The position numbers were made by a program, and so were the translations under genes. 64,000 nucleotides of DNA from Eledone cirrhosa (Eukaryota), in the NCBI GenBank assembly GCA_964016885.1, contig OZ024743.1, positions 378,510,001-378,574,000 on the forward strand, in the 5' to 3' direction. Under the pieces are notes generated by a model that was not told where the DNA came from, searched no databases, and worked only from the letters and a program-made list of their open reading frames with translations. Within the stretch, counting starts at the first letter, position 1, and each line of letters starts with the position of its first letter. Positions 26,401 through 38,600 of the stretch are shown in pieces.

Positions 26401-28480
26401 CTGGGGTAGTGGTGGGGTGTAAAACTCTCTCTCTCTAGTGTAAGAGAAACTGGGGTAGTGGTGGGGTGTAAAACTCTCTGTCTCTCTCTAGTGTAGGAGA
26501 AACTGGGGTAGTGGTGGGGTGTAAAACTCTCTGTCTCTCTCTAGTGTAGGAGAAACTGGGGTAGTGGTGGGGTGTAAAACTCTCTGTCTCTCTCTAGTGT
26601 AGGAGAAACTGGGGTAGTGGTGGGGTGTAAAACTCTCTCTCTCTAGTGTAAGAGAAACTGGGGTAGTGGTGGGGTGTAAAACTCTCTCTCTCTAGTGTAA
26701 GAGAAACTGGGGTAGTGGTGGGGTGTAAAACTCTCTGTCTCTCTCTAGTGTAGGAGAAACTGGGGTAGTGGTGGGGTGTAAAACTCTCTGTCTCTCTCTA
26801 GTGTAGGAGAAACTGGGGTAGTGGTGGGGTGTAAAACTCTCTCTCTCTAGTGTAAGAGAAACTGGGGTAGTGGTGGGGTGTAAAACTCTCTGTCTCTCTC
26901 TAGTGTAGGAGAAACTGGGGTAGTGGTGGGGTGTAAAACTCTCTCTAGTGTAAGAGAAACTGGGGTAGTGGTGGGGTGTAAAACTCTCTCTCTCTCTCTA
27001 GTGTAGGAGAAACTGGGGTAGTGGTGGGGTGTAAAACTCTCTGTCTCTCTCTAGTGTAGGAGAAACTGGGGTAGTGGTGGGGTGTAAAACTCTCTCTCTC
27101 TAGTGTAAGAGAAACTGGGGTAGTGGTGGGGTGTAAAACTCTCTGTCTCTCTCTAGTGTAGGAGAAACTGGGGTAGTGGTGGGGTGTAAAACTCTCTGTC
27201 TCTCTCTAGTGTAGGAGAAACTGGGGTAGTGGTGGGGTGTAAAACTCTCTGTCTCTCTCTAGTGTAGGAGAAACTGGGGTAGTGGTGGGGTGTAAAACTC
27301 TCTCTCTCTAGTGTAAGAGAAACTGGGGTAGTGGTGGGGTGTAAAACTCTCTCTCTCTAGTGTAAGAGAAACTGGGGTAGTGGTGGGGTGTAAAACTTCT
27401 GTCTCTCTCTAGTGTAGGAGAAACTGGGGTAGTGGTGGGGTGTAAAACTCTCTGTCTCTCTCTAGTGTAGGAGAAACTGGGGTAGTGGTGGGGTGTAAAA
27501 CTCTCTGTCTCTCTCTAGTGTAGGAGAAACTGGGGTAGTGGTGGGGTGTAAAACTCTCTCTCTCTAGTGTAAGAGAAACTGGGGTAGTGGTGGGGTGTAA
27601 AACTCTCTGTCTCTAGTGTAAGAGAAACTGGGGTAGTGGTGGGGTGTAAAACTCTCTCTCTCTAGTGTAAGAGAAACTGGGGTAGTGGTGGGGTGTAAAA
27701 CTCTCTGTCTCTCTCTAGTGTAGGAGAAACTGGGGTAGTGGTGGGGTGTAAAACTCTCTGTCTCTCTCTAGTGTAGGAGAAACTGGGGTAGTGGTGGGGT
27801 GTAAAACTCTCTCTCTCTAGTGTAAGAGAAACTGGGGTAGTGGTGGGGTGTAAAACTCTCTCTCTCTAGTGTAAGAGAAACTGGGGTAGTGGTGGGGTGT
27901 AAAACTCTGTCTCTCTCTAGTGTAGGAGAAACTGGGGTAGTGGTGGGGTGTAAAACTCTCTCTCTCTAGTGTAAGAGAAACTGGGGTAGTGGTGGGGTGT
28001 AAAACTCTCTCTCTCTAGTGTAAGAGAAACTGGGGTAGTGGTGGGGTGTAAAACTCTCTCTCTCTAGTGTAAGAGAAACTGGGGTAGTGGTGGGGTGTAA
28101 AACTCTCTGTCTCTCTCTAGTGTAGGAGAAACTGGGGTAGTGGTGGGGTGTAAAACTCTCTCTCTCTAGTGTAAGAGAAACTGGGGTAGTGGTGGGGTGT
28201 AAAACTCTCTCTCTCTCTAGTGTAAGAGAAACTGGGGTAGTGGTGGGGTGTAAAACTCTCTGTCTCTCTCTAGTGTAGGAGAAACTGGGGTAGTGGTGGG
28301 GTGTAAAACTCTCTCTCTCTAGTGTAAGAGAAACTGGGGTAGTGGTGGGGTGTAAAACTCTCTCTCTCTAGTGTAAGAGAAACTGGGGTAGTGGTGGGGT
28401 GTAAAACTCTCTGTCTCTCTCTAGTGTAGGAGAAACTGGGGTAGTGGTGGGGTGTAAAACTCTCTCTCTAGTGTAAGAGA
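23500..28480 (+). repeat. Block of array A repeated at a ~3229-bp offset
   Basis: (CT)4 short monomer 23710/26939; AAAACTTCTGTC ~24165/~27395; AAAACTCTGTC ~24672/~27901. Confidence 0.8.
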
Positions 28481-29400
28481 AACTGGGGTAGTGGTGGGGT
28501 GTAAAACTCTCTCTCTCTAGTGTAAGAGAAACTGGGGTAGTGGTGGGGTGTAAAACTCTCTGTCTCTCTCTAGTGTAGGAGAAACTGGGGTAGTGGTGGG
28601 GTGTAAAACTCTCTCTCTCTAGTGTAAGAGAAACTGGGGTAGTGGTGGGGTGTAAAACTCTCTGTCCCTCTCTAGTGTAGGAGAAACTGGGGTAGTGGTG
28701 GGGTGTAAAACTCTCTGTCTCTCTCTAGTGTAGGAGAAACTGGGGTAGTGGTGGGGTGTAAAACTCTCTCTCTCTAGTGTAAGAGAAACTGGGGTAGTGG
28801 TGGTGTGTAAAACTCTCTCTCTCTAGTGTAAGAGAAACTGGGGTAGTGGTGGGGTGTAAAACTCTCTGTCTCTAGTGTAAGAGAAACTGGGGTAGTGGTC
28901 GGGGTGTAAAACTCTCTGTCTCTAGTGTAAGAGAAACTGGGGTAGTGGTGGGGTGTGAAACTCTCTCTCTCTAGTGTAGGAGAAACTGGGGTAGTGGTCG
29001 GGTGTAAAACTGTCTCTCTCTAGTGTAAGAGAAACTGGGGTAGTGGTGGGGTGTAAAACTCTCTCTCTCTAGTGTAAGAGAAACTGGGGTAGTGGTGGGG
29101 TGTAAAACTCTCTGTCTCTCTCTAGTGTAGGAGAAACTGGGGTAGTGGTGGGGTGTAAAACTCTCTGTCTCTCTCTAGTGTAGGAGAAACTGGGGTAGTG
29201 GTGGGGTGTAAAACTCTCTCTCTCTAGTGTAAGAGAAACTGGAGTAGTGGTGGGGTGTAAAACTCTCTGTCTCTAGTGTAAGAGAAACTGGGGTAGTGGT
29301 GGGGTGTAAAACTCTCTCTCTCTAGTGTAAGAGAAACTGGGGTAGTGGTGGGGTGTAAAACTCTCTGTCTCTCTCTAGTGTAGGAGAAACTGGGGTAGTG

Positions 29401-29600
29401 NNNNNNNNNNNNNNNNNNNNNNNNNNNNNNNNNNNNNNNNNNNNNNNNNNNNNNNNNNNNNNNNNNNNNNNNNNNNNNNNNNNNNNNNNNNNNNNNNNNN
29501 NNNNNNNNNNNNNNNNNNNNNNNNNNNNNNNNNNNNNNNNNNNNNNNNNNNNNNNNNNNNNNNNNNNNNNNNNNNNNNNNNNNNNNNNNNNNNNNNNNNN
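29401..29600. other. Assembly gap (200 N)
   Basis: Exactly 200 N. A round value is typical of a fixed-size scaffolding or curation gap of unknown true length. Confidence 0.97.
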
Positions 29601-32600
29601 ACTGTATATCTGGTTTAGAATAGGTATATTGTATATCTGGTTTAGAATAGGTATACTGTATATCTGGTTTAGAATAGGTATACTGTATATCTGGTTTAGA
29701 ATAGGTATACTGTATATCTGGTTTAGAATAGGTATATTGTATATCTGGTTTAGAATAGGTATATTGTATATCTGGTTTAGAATAGGTATATTGTATATCT
29801 GGTTTAGAATAGGTATACTGTATATCTGGTTTAGAATAGGTATACTGTATATCTGGTTTAGAATAGGTATATTGTATATCTGGTTTAGAATAGGTATACT
29901 GTATATCTGGTTTAGAATAGGTATACTGTATATCTGGTTTAGAATAGGTATACTGTATATCTGGTTTAGAATAGGTATACTGTATATCTGGTTTAGAATA
30001 GGTATATTGTATATCTGGTTTAGAATAGGTATACTGTATATCTGGTTTAGAATAGGTATATTGTATATCTGGTTTAGAATAGGTATACTGTATATCTGGT
30101 TTAGAATAGGTATACTGTATATCTGGTTTAGAATAGGTATACTGTATATCTGGTTTAGAATAGGTATATTGTATATCTGGTTTAGAATAGGTATACTGTA
30201 TATCTGGTTTAGAATAGGTATACTGTATATCTGGTTTAGAATAGGTATATTGTATATCTGGTTTAGAATAGGTATACTGTATATCTGGTTTAGAATAGGT
30301 ATACTGTATATCTGGTTTAGAATAGGTATATTGTATATCTGGTTTAGAATAGGTATATTGTATATCTGGTTTAGAATAGGTATATTGTATATCTGGTTTA
30401 GAATAGGTATACTGTATATCTGGTTTAGAATAGGTATACTGTATATCTGGTTTAGAATAGGTATATTGTATATCTGGTTTAGAATAGGTATATTGTATAT
30501 CTGGTTTAGAATAGGTATACTGTATATCTGGTTTAGAATAGGTATACTGTATATCTGGTTTAGAATAGGTATACTGTATATCTGGTTTAGAATAGGTATA
30601 CTGTATATCTGGTTTAGAATAGGTATACTTGTATATCTGGTTTAGAATAGGTATACTGTATATCTGGTTTAGAATAGGTATATTGTATATCTGGTTTAGA
30701 ATAGGTATACTGTATATCTGGTTTAGAATAGGTATATTGTATATCTGGTTTAGAATAGGTATATTGTATATCTGGTTTAGAATAGGTATACTGTATATCT
30801 GGTTTAGAATAGGTATACTGTATATCTGGTTTAGAATAGGTATATTGTATATCTGGTTTAGAATAGGTATATTGTATATCTGGTTTAGAATAGGTATATT
30901 GTATATCTGGTTTAGAATAGGTATACTGTATATCTGGTTTAGAATAGGTATATTGTATATCTGGTTTAGAATAGGTATATTGTATATCTGGTTTAGAATA
31001 GGTATACTGTATATCTGGTTTAGAATAGGTATACTGTATATCTGGTTTAGAATAGGTATACTGTATATCTGGTTTAGAATAGGTATATTGTATATCTGGT
31101 TTAGAATAGGTATACTGTATATCTGGTTTAGAATAGGTATACTGTATATCTGGTTTAGAATAGGTATACTGTATATCTGGTTTAGAATAGGTATATTGTA
31201 TATCTGGTTTAGAATAGGTATATTGTATATCTGGTTTAGAATAGGTATATTGTATATCTGGTTTAGAATAGGTATACTGTATATCTGGTTTAGAATAGGT
31301 ATACTGTATATCTGGTTTAGAATAGGTATACTGTATATCTGGTTTAGAATAGGTATACTGTATATCTGGTTTAGAATAGGTATACTGTATATCTGGTTTA
31401 GAATAGGTATACTGTATATCTGGTTTAGAATAGGTATACTGTATATCTGGTTTAGAATAGGTATACTGTATATCTGGTTTAGAATAGGTATATTGTATAT
31501 CTGGTTTAGAATAGGTATACTGTATATCTGGTTTAGAATAGGTATACTGTATATCTGGTTTAGAATAGGTATACTGTATATCTGGTTTAGAATAGGTATA
31601 CTGTATATCTGGTTTAGAATAGGTATATTGTATATCTGGTTTAGAATAGGTATACTGTATATCTGGTTTAGAATAGGTATACTGTATATCTGGTTTAGAA
31701 TAGGTATACTGTATATCTGGTTTAGAATAGGTATATTGTATATCTGGTTTAGAATAGGTATATTGTATATCTGGTTTAGAATAGGTATACTGTATATCTG
31801 GTTTAGAATAGGTATACTGTATATCTGGTTTAGAATAGGTATACTGTATATCTGGTTTAGAATAGGTATACTGTATATCTGGTTTAGAATAGGTATACTG
31901 TATATCTGGTTTAGAATAGGTATACTGTATATCTGGTTTAGAATAGGTATACTGTATATCTGGTTTAGAATAGGTATACTGTATATCTGGTTTAGAATAG
32001 GTATATTGTATATCTGGTTTAGAATAGGTATATTGTATATCTGGTTTAGAATAGGTATATTGTATATCTGGTTTAGAATAGGTATACTGTATATCTGGTT
32101 TAGAATAGGTATACTGTATATCTGGTTTAGAATAGGTATACTGTATATCTGGTTTAGAATAGGTATACTGTATATCTGGTTTAGAATAGGTATATTGTAT
32201 ATCTGGTTTAGAATAGGTATATTGTATATCTGGTTTAGAATAGGTATACTGTATATCTGGTTTAGAATAGGTATACTGTATATCTGGTTTAGAATAGGTA
32301 TATTGTATATCTGGTTTAGAATAGGTATACTGTATATCTGGTTTAGAATAGGTATACTGTATATCTGGTTTAGAATAGGTATATTGTATATCTGGTTTAG
32401 AATAGGTATATTGTATATCTGGTTTAGAATAGGTATACTGTATATCTGGTTTAGAATAGGTATACTGTATATCTGGTTTAGAATAGGTATACTGTATATC
32501 TGGTTTAGAATAGGTATATTGTATATCTGGTTTAGAATAGGTATACTGTATATCTGGTTTAGAATAGGTATATTGTATATCTGGTTTAGAATAGGTATAC

Positions 32601-35600
32601 TGTATATCTGGTTTAGAATAGGTATATTGTATATCTGGTTTAGAATAGGTATATTGTATATCTGGTTTAGAATAGGTATATTGTATATCTGGTTTAGAAT
32701 AGGTATATTGTATATCTGGTTTAGAATAGGTATACTGTATATCTGGTTTAGAATAGGTATACTGTATATCTGGTTTAGAATAGGTATATTGTATATCTGG
32801 TTTAGAATAGGTATATTGTATATCTGGTTTAGAATAGGTATACTGTATATCTGGTTTAGAATAGGTATACTGTATATCTGGTTTAGAATAGGTATACTGT
32901 ATATCTGGTTTAGAATAGGTATATTGTATATCTGGTTTAGAATAGGTATATTGTATATCTGGTTTAGAATAGGTATACTGTATATCTGGTTTAGAATAGG
33001 TATACTGTATATCTGGTTTAGAATAGGTATATTGTATATCTGGTTTAGAATAGGTATACTGTATATCTGGTTTAGAATAGGTATACTGTATATCTGGTTT
33101 AGAATAGGTATACTGTATATCTGGTTTAGAATAGGTATACTGTATATCTGGTTTAGAATAGGTATATTGTATATCTGGTTTAGAATAGGTATATTGTATA
33201 TCTGGTTTAGAATAGGTATACTGTATATCTGGTTTAGAATAGGTATACTGTATATCTGGTTTAGAATAGGTATACTGTATATCTGGTTTAGAATAGGTAT
33301 AATGTATATCTGGTTTAGAATAGGTATACTGTATATCTGGTTTAGAATAGGTATACTGTATATCTGGTTTAGAATAGGTATACTGTATATCTGGTTTAGA
33401 ATAGGTATATTGTATATCTGGTTTAGAATAGGTATATTGTATATCTGGTTTAGAATAGGTATACTGTATATCTGGTTTAGAATAGGTATACTGTATATCT
33501 GGTTTAGAATAGGTATATTGTATATCTGGTTTAGAATAGGTATACTGTATATCTGGTTTAGAATAGGTATACTGTATATCTGGTTTAGAATAGGTATATT
33601 GTATATCTGGTTTAGAATAGGTATACTGTATATCTGGTTTAGAATAGGTATACTGTATATCTGGTTTAGAATAGGTATACTGTATATCTGGTTTAGAATA
33701 GGTATACTGTATATCTGGTTTAGAATAGGTATATTGTATATCTGGTTTAGAATAGGTATACTGTATATCTGGTTTAGAATAGGTATACTGTATATCTGGT
33801 TTAGAATAGGTATACTGTATATCTGGTTTAGAATAGGTATACTGTATATCTGGTTTAGAATAGGTATACTGTATATCTGGTTTAGAATAGGTATACTGTA
33901 TATCTGGTTTAGAATAGGTATATTGTATATCTGGTTTAGAATAGGTATACTGTATATCTGGTTTAGAATAGGTATACTGTATATCTGGTTTAGAATAGGT
34001 ATACTGTATATCTGGTTTAGAATAGGTATACTGTATATCTGGTTTAGAATAGGTATATTGTATATCTGGTTTAGAATAGGTATACTGTATATCTGGTTTA
34101 GAATAGGTATACTGTATATCTGGTTTAGAATAGGTATATTGTATATCTGGTTTAGAATAGGTATACTGTATATCTGGTTTAGAATAGGTATACTGTATAT
34201 CTGGTTTAGAATAGGTATACTGTATATCTGGTTTAGAATAGGTATATTGTATATCTGGTTTAGAATAGGTATATTGTATATCTGGTTTAGAATAGGTATA
34301 CTGTATATCTGGTTTAGAATAGGTATACTGTATATCTGGTTTAGAATAGGTATACTGTATATCTGGTTTAGAATAGGTATATTGTATATCTGGTTTAGAA
34401 TAGGTATACTGTATATCTGGTTTAGAATAGGTATATTGTATATCTGGTTTAGAATAGGTATACTGTATATCTGGTTTAGAATAGGTATACTGTATATCTG
34501 GTTTAGAATAGGTATATTGTATATCTGGTTTAGAATAGGTATACTGTATATCTGGTTTAGAATAGGTATATTGTATATCTGGTTTAGAATAGGTATATTG
34601 TATATCTGGTTTAGAATAGGTATACTGTATATCTGGTTTAGAATAGGTATATTGTATATCTGGTTTAGAATAGGTATACTGTATATCTGGTTTAGAATAG
34701 GTATACTGTATATCTGGTTTAGAATAGGTATACTGTATATCTGGTTTAGAATAGGTATACTGTATATCTGGTTTAGAATAGGTATATTGTATATCTGGTT
34801 TAGAATAGGTATATGTATATCTGGTTTAGAATAGGTATATTGTATATCTGGTTTAGAATAGGTATACTGTATATCTGGTTTAGAATAGGTATATTGTATA
34901 TCTGGTTTAGAATAGGTATACTGTATATCTGGTTTAGAATAGGTATACTGTATATCTGGTTTAGAATAGGTATACTGTATATCTGGTTTAGAATAGGTAT
35001 ATTGTATATCTGGTTTAGAATAGGTATATTGTATATCTGGTTTAGAATAGGTATACTGTATATCTGGTTTAGAATAGGTATACTGTATATCTGGTTTAGA
35101 ATAGGTATACTGTATATCTGGTTTAGAATAGGTATATTGTATATCTGGTTTAGAATAGGTATATTGTATATCTGGTTTAGAATAGGTATACTGTATATCT
35201 GGTTTAGAATAGGTATATTGTATATCTGGTTTAGAATAGGTATACTGTATATCTGGTTTAGAATAGGTATACTGTATATCTGGTTTAGAATAGGTATATT
35301 GTATATCTGGTTTAGAATAGGTATATTGTATATCTGGTTTAGAATAGGTATATGTATATCTGGTTTAGAATAGGTATACTGTATATCTGGTTTAGAATAG
35401 GTATATTGTATATCTGGTTTAGAATAGGTATACTGTATATCTGGTTTAGAATAGGTATACTGTATATCTGGTTTAGAATAGGTATATTGTATATCTGGTT
35501 TAGAATAGGTATACTGTATATCTGGTTTAGAATAGGTATACTGTATATCTGGTTTAGAATAGGTATACTGTATATCTGGTTTAGAATAGGTATACTGTAT

Positions 35601-38600
35601 ATCTGGTTTAGAATAGGTATACTGTATATCTGGTTTAGAATAGGTATACTGTATATCTGGTTTAGAATAGGTATACTGTATATCTGGTTTAGAATAGGTA
35701 TACTGTATATCTGGTTTAGAATAGGTATATTGTATATCTGGTTTAGAATAGGTATACTGTATATCTGGTTTAGAATAGGTATACTGTATATCTGGTTTAG
35801 AATAGGTATACTGTATATCTGGTTTAGAATAGGTATATTGTATATCTGGTTTAGAATAGGTATACTGTATATCTGGTTTAGAATAGGTATACTGTATATC
35901 TGGTTTAGAATAGGTATATTGTATATCTGGTTTAGAATAGGTATATTGTATATCTGGTTTAGAATAGGTATATTGTATATCTGGTTTAGAATAGGTATAC
36001 TGTATATCTGGTTTAGAATAGGTATATTGTATATCTGGTTTAGAATAGGTATATTGTATATCTGGTTTAGAATAGGTATACTGTATATCTGGTTTAGAAT
36101 AGGTATACTGTATATCTGGTTTAGAATAGGTATATTGTATATCTGGTTTAGAATAGGTATATTGTATATCTGGTTTAGAATAGGTATACTGTATATCTGG
36201 TTTAGAATAGGTATATTGTATATCTGGTTTAGAATAGGTATACTGTATATCTGGTTTAGAATAGGTATATTGTATATCTGGTTTAGAATAGGTATACTGT
36301 ATATCTGGTTTAGAATAGGTATATTGTATATCTGGTTTAGAATAGGTATATTGTATATCTGGTTTAGAATAGGTATACTGTATATCTGGTTTAGAATAGG
36401 TATACTGTATATCTGGTTTAGAATAGGTATACTGTATATCTGGTTTAGAATAGGTATACTGTATATCTGGTTAGAATAGGTATACTGTATATCTGGTTTA
36501 GAATAGGTATACTGTATATCTGGTTTAGAATAGGTATATTGTATATCTGGTTTAGAATAGGTATACTGTATATCTGGTTTAGAATAGGTATACTGTATAT
36601 CTGGTTTAGAATAGGTATACTGTATATCTGGTTTAGAATAGGTATACTGTATATCTGGTTTAGAATAGGTATATTGTATATCTGGTTTAGAATAGGTATA
36701 TTGTATATCTGGTTTAGAATAGGTATATTGTATATCTGGTTTAGAATAGGTATATCTGTATATCTGGTTTAGAATAGGTATACTGTATATCTGGTTTAGA
36801 ATAGGTATATTGTATATCTGGTTTAGAATAGGTATACTGTATATCTGGTTTAGAATAGGTATACTGTATATCTGGTTTAGAATAGGTATATTGTATATCT
36901 GGTTTAGAATAGGTATACTGTATATCTGGTTTAGAATAGGTATATGTATATCTGGTTTAGAATAGGTATACTGTATATCTGGTTTAGAATAGGTATACTG
37001 TATATCTGGTTTAGAATAGGTATATTGTATATCTGGTTTAGAATAGGTATACTGTATATCTGGTTTAGAATAGGTATATTGTATATCTGGTTTAGAATAG
37101 GTATATTGTATATCTGGTTTAGAATAGGTATACTGTATATCTGGTTTAGAATAGGTATACTGTATATCTGGTTTAGAATAGGTATACTGTATATCTGGTT
37201 TAGAATAGGTATATTGTATATCTGGTTTAGAATAGGTATATTGTATATCTGGTTTAGAATAGGTATATTGTATATCTGGTTTAGAATAGGTATACTGTAT
37301 ATCTGGTTTAGAATAGGTATACTGTATATCTGGTTTAGAATAGGTATATTGTATATCTGGTTTAGAATAGGTATACTGTATATCTGGTTTAGAATAGGTA
37401 TATTGTATATCTGGTTTAGAATAGGTATACTGTATATCTGGTTTAGAATAGGTATACTGTATATCTGGTTTAGAATAGGTATATTGTATATCTGGTTTAG
37501 AATAGGTATACTGTATATCTGGTTTAGAATAGGTATACTGTATATCTGGTTTAGAATAGGTATACTGTATATCTGGTTTAGAATAGGTATACTGTATATC
37601 TGGTTTAGAATAGGTATACTGTATATCTGGTTTAGAATAGGTATATTGTATATCTGGTTTAGAATAGGTATACTGTATATCTGGTTTAGAATAGGTATAC
37701 TGTATATCTGGTTTAGAATAGGTATACTGTATATCTGGTTTAGAATAGGTATATTGTATATCTGGTTTAGAATAGGTATATTGTATATCTGGTTTAGAAT
37801 AGGTATACTGTATATCTGGTTTAGAATAGGTATACTGTATATCTGGTTTAGAATAGGTATACTGTATATCTGGTTTAGAATAGGTATACTGTATATCTGG
37901 TTTAGAATAGGTATACTGTATATCTGGTTTAGAATAGGTATATTGTATATCTGGTTTAGAATAGGTATATTGTATATCTGGTTTAGAATAGGTATATTGT
38001 ATATCTGGTTTAGAATAGGTATACTGTATATCTGGTTTAGAATAGGTATACTGTATATCTGGTTTAGAATAGGTATATTGTATATCTGGTTTAGAATAGG
38101 TATATTGTATATCTGGTTTAGAATAGGTATACTGTATATCTGGTTTAGAATAGGTATACTGTATATCTGGTTTAGAATAGGTATATTGTATATCTGGTTT
38201 AGAATAGGTATATTGTATATCTGGTTTAGAATAGGTATATTGTATATCTGGTTTAGAATAGGTATACTGTATATCTGGTTTAGAATAGGTATACTGTATA
38301 TCTGGTTTAGAATAGGTATACTGTATATCTGGTTTAGAATAGGTATATTGTATATCTGGTTTAGAATAGGTATATTGTATATCTGGTTTAGAATAGGTAT
38401 ATTGTATATCTGGTTTAGAATAGGTATACTGTATATCTGGTTAGAATAGGTATACTGTATATCTGGTTTAGAATAGGTATACTGTATATCTGGTTTAGAA
38501 TAGGTATACTGTATATCTGGTTTAGAATAGGTATACTGTATATCTGGTTTAGAATAGGTATATGTATATCTGGTTTAGAATAGGTATATTGTATATCTGG

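Larger units (their letters stand above)
1..29400 (+). repeat. Satellite array A: ~49-bp monomer (45-53 bp) GAGAAACTGGGGTAGTGGTGGGGTGTAAAA(CT)4-8AGTGTA[A/G], roughly 590 head-to-tail copies
   Basis: Directly visible. GAGAAACTGG recurs at 121 and 170 (49 bp). The monomer is a 37-bp constant part plus a variable CT tract, either (CT)4-8 or CTCTCTGTCTCT(CTCT). One orientation throughout; the array runs off the window start and into the gap. Copy number is estimated from length divided by ~50. Confidence 0.98.

Noticed and set aside
1-29400. CRISPR-like array (37-bp constant part alternating with a variable part)
   Set aside because: The variable part is only an 8-16 nt CT tract rather than unique spacers, and there is no leader or cas gene.
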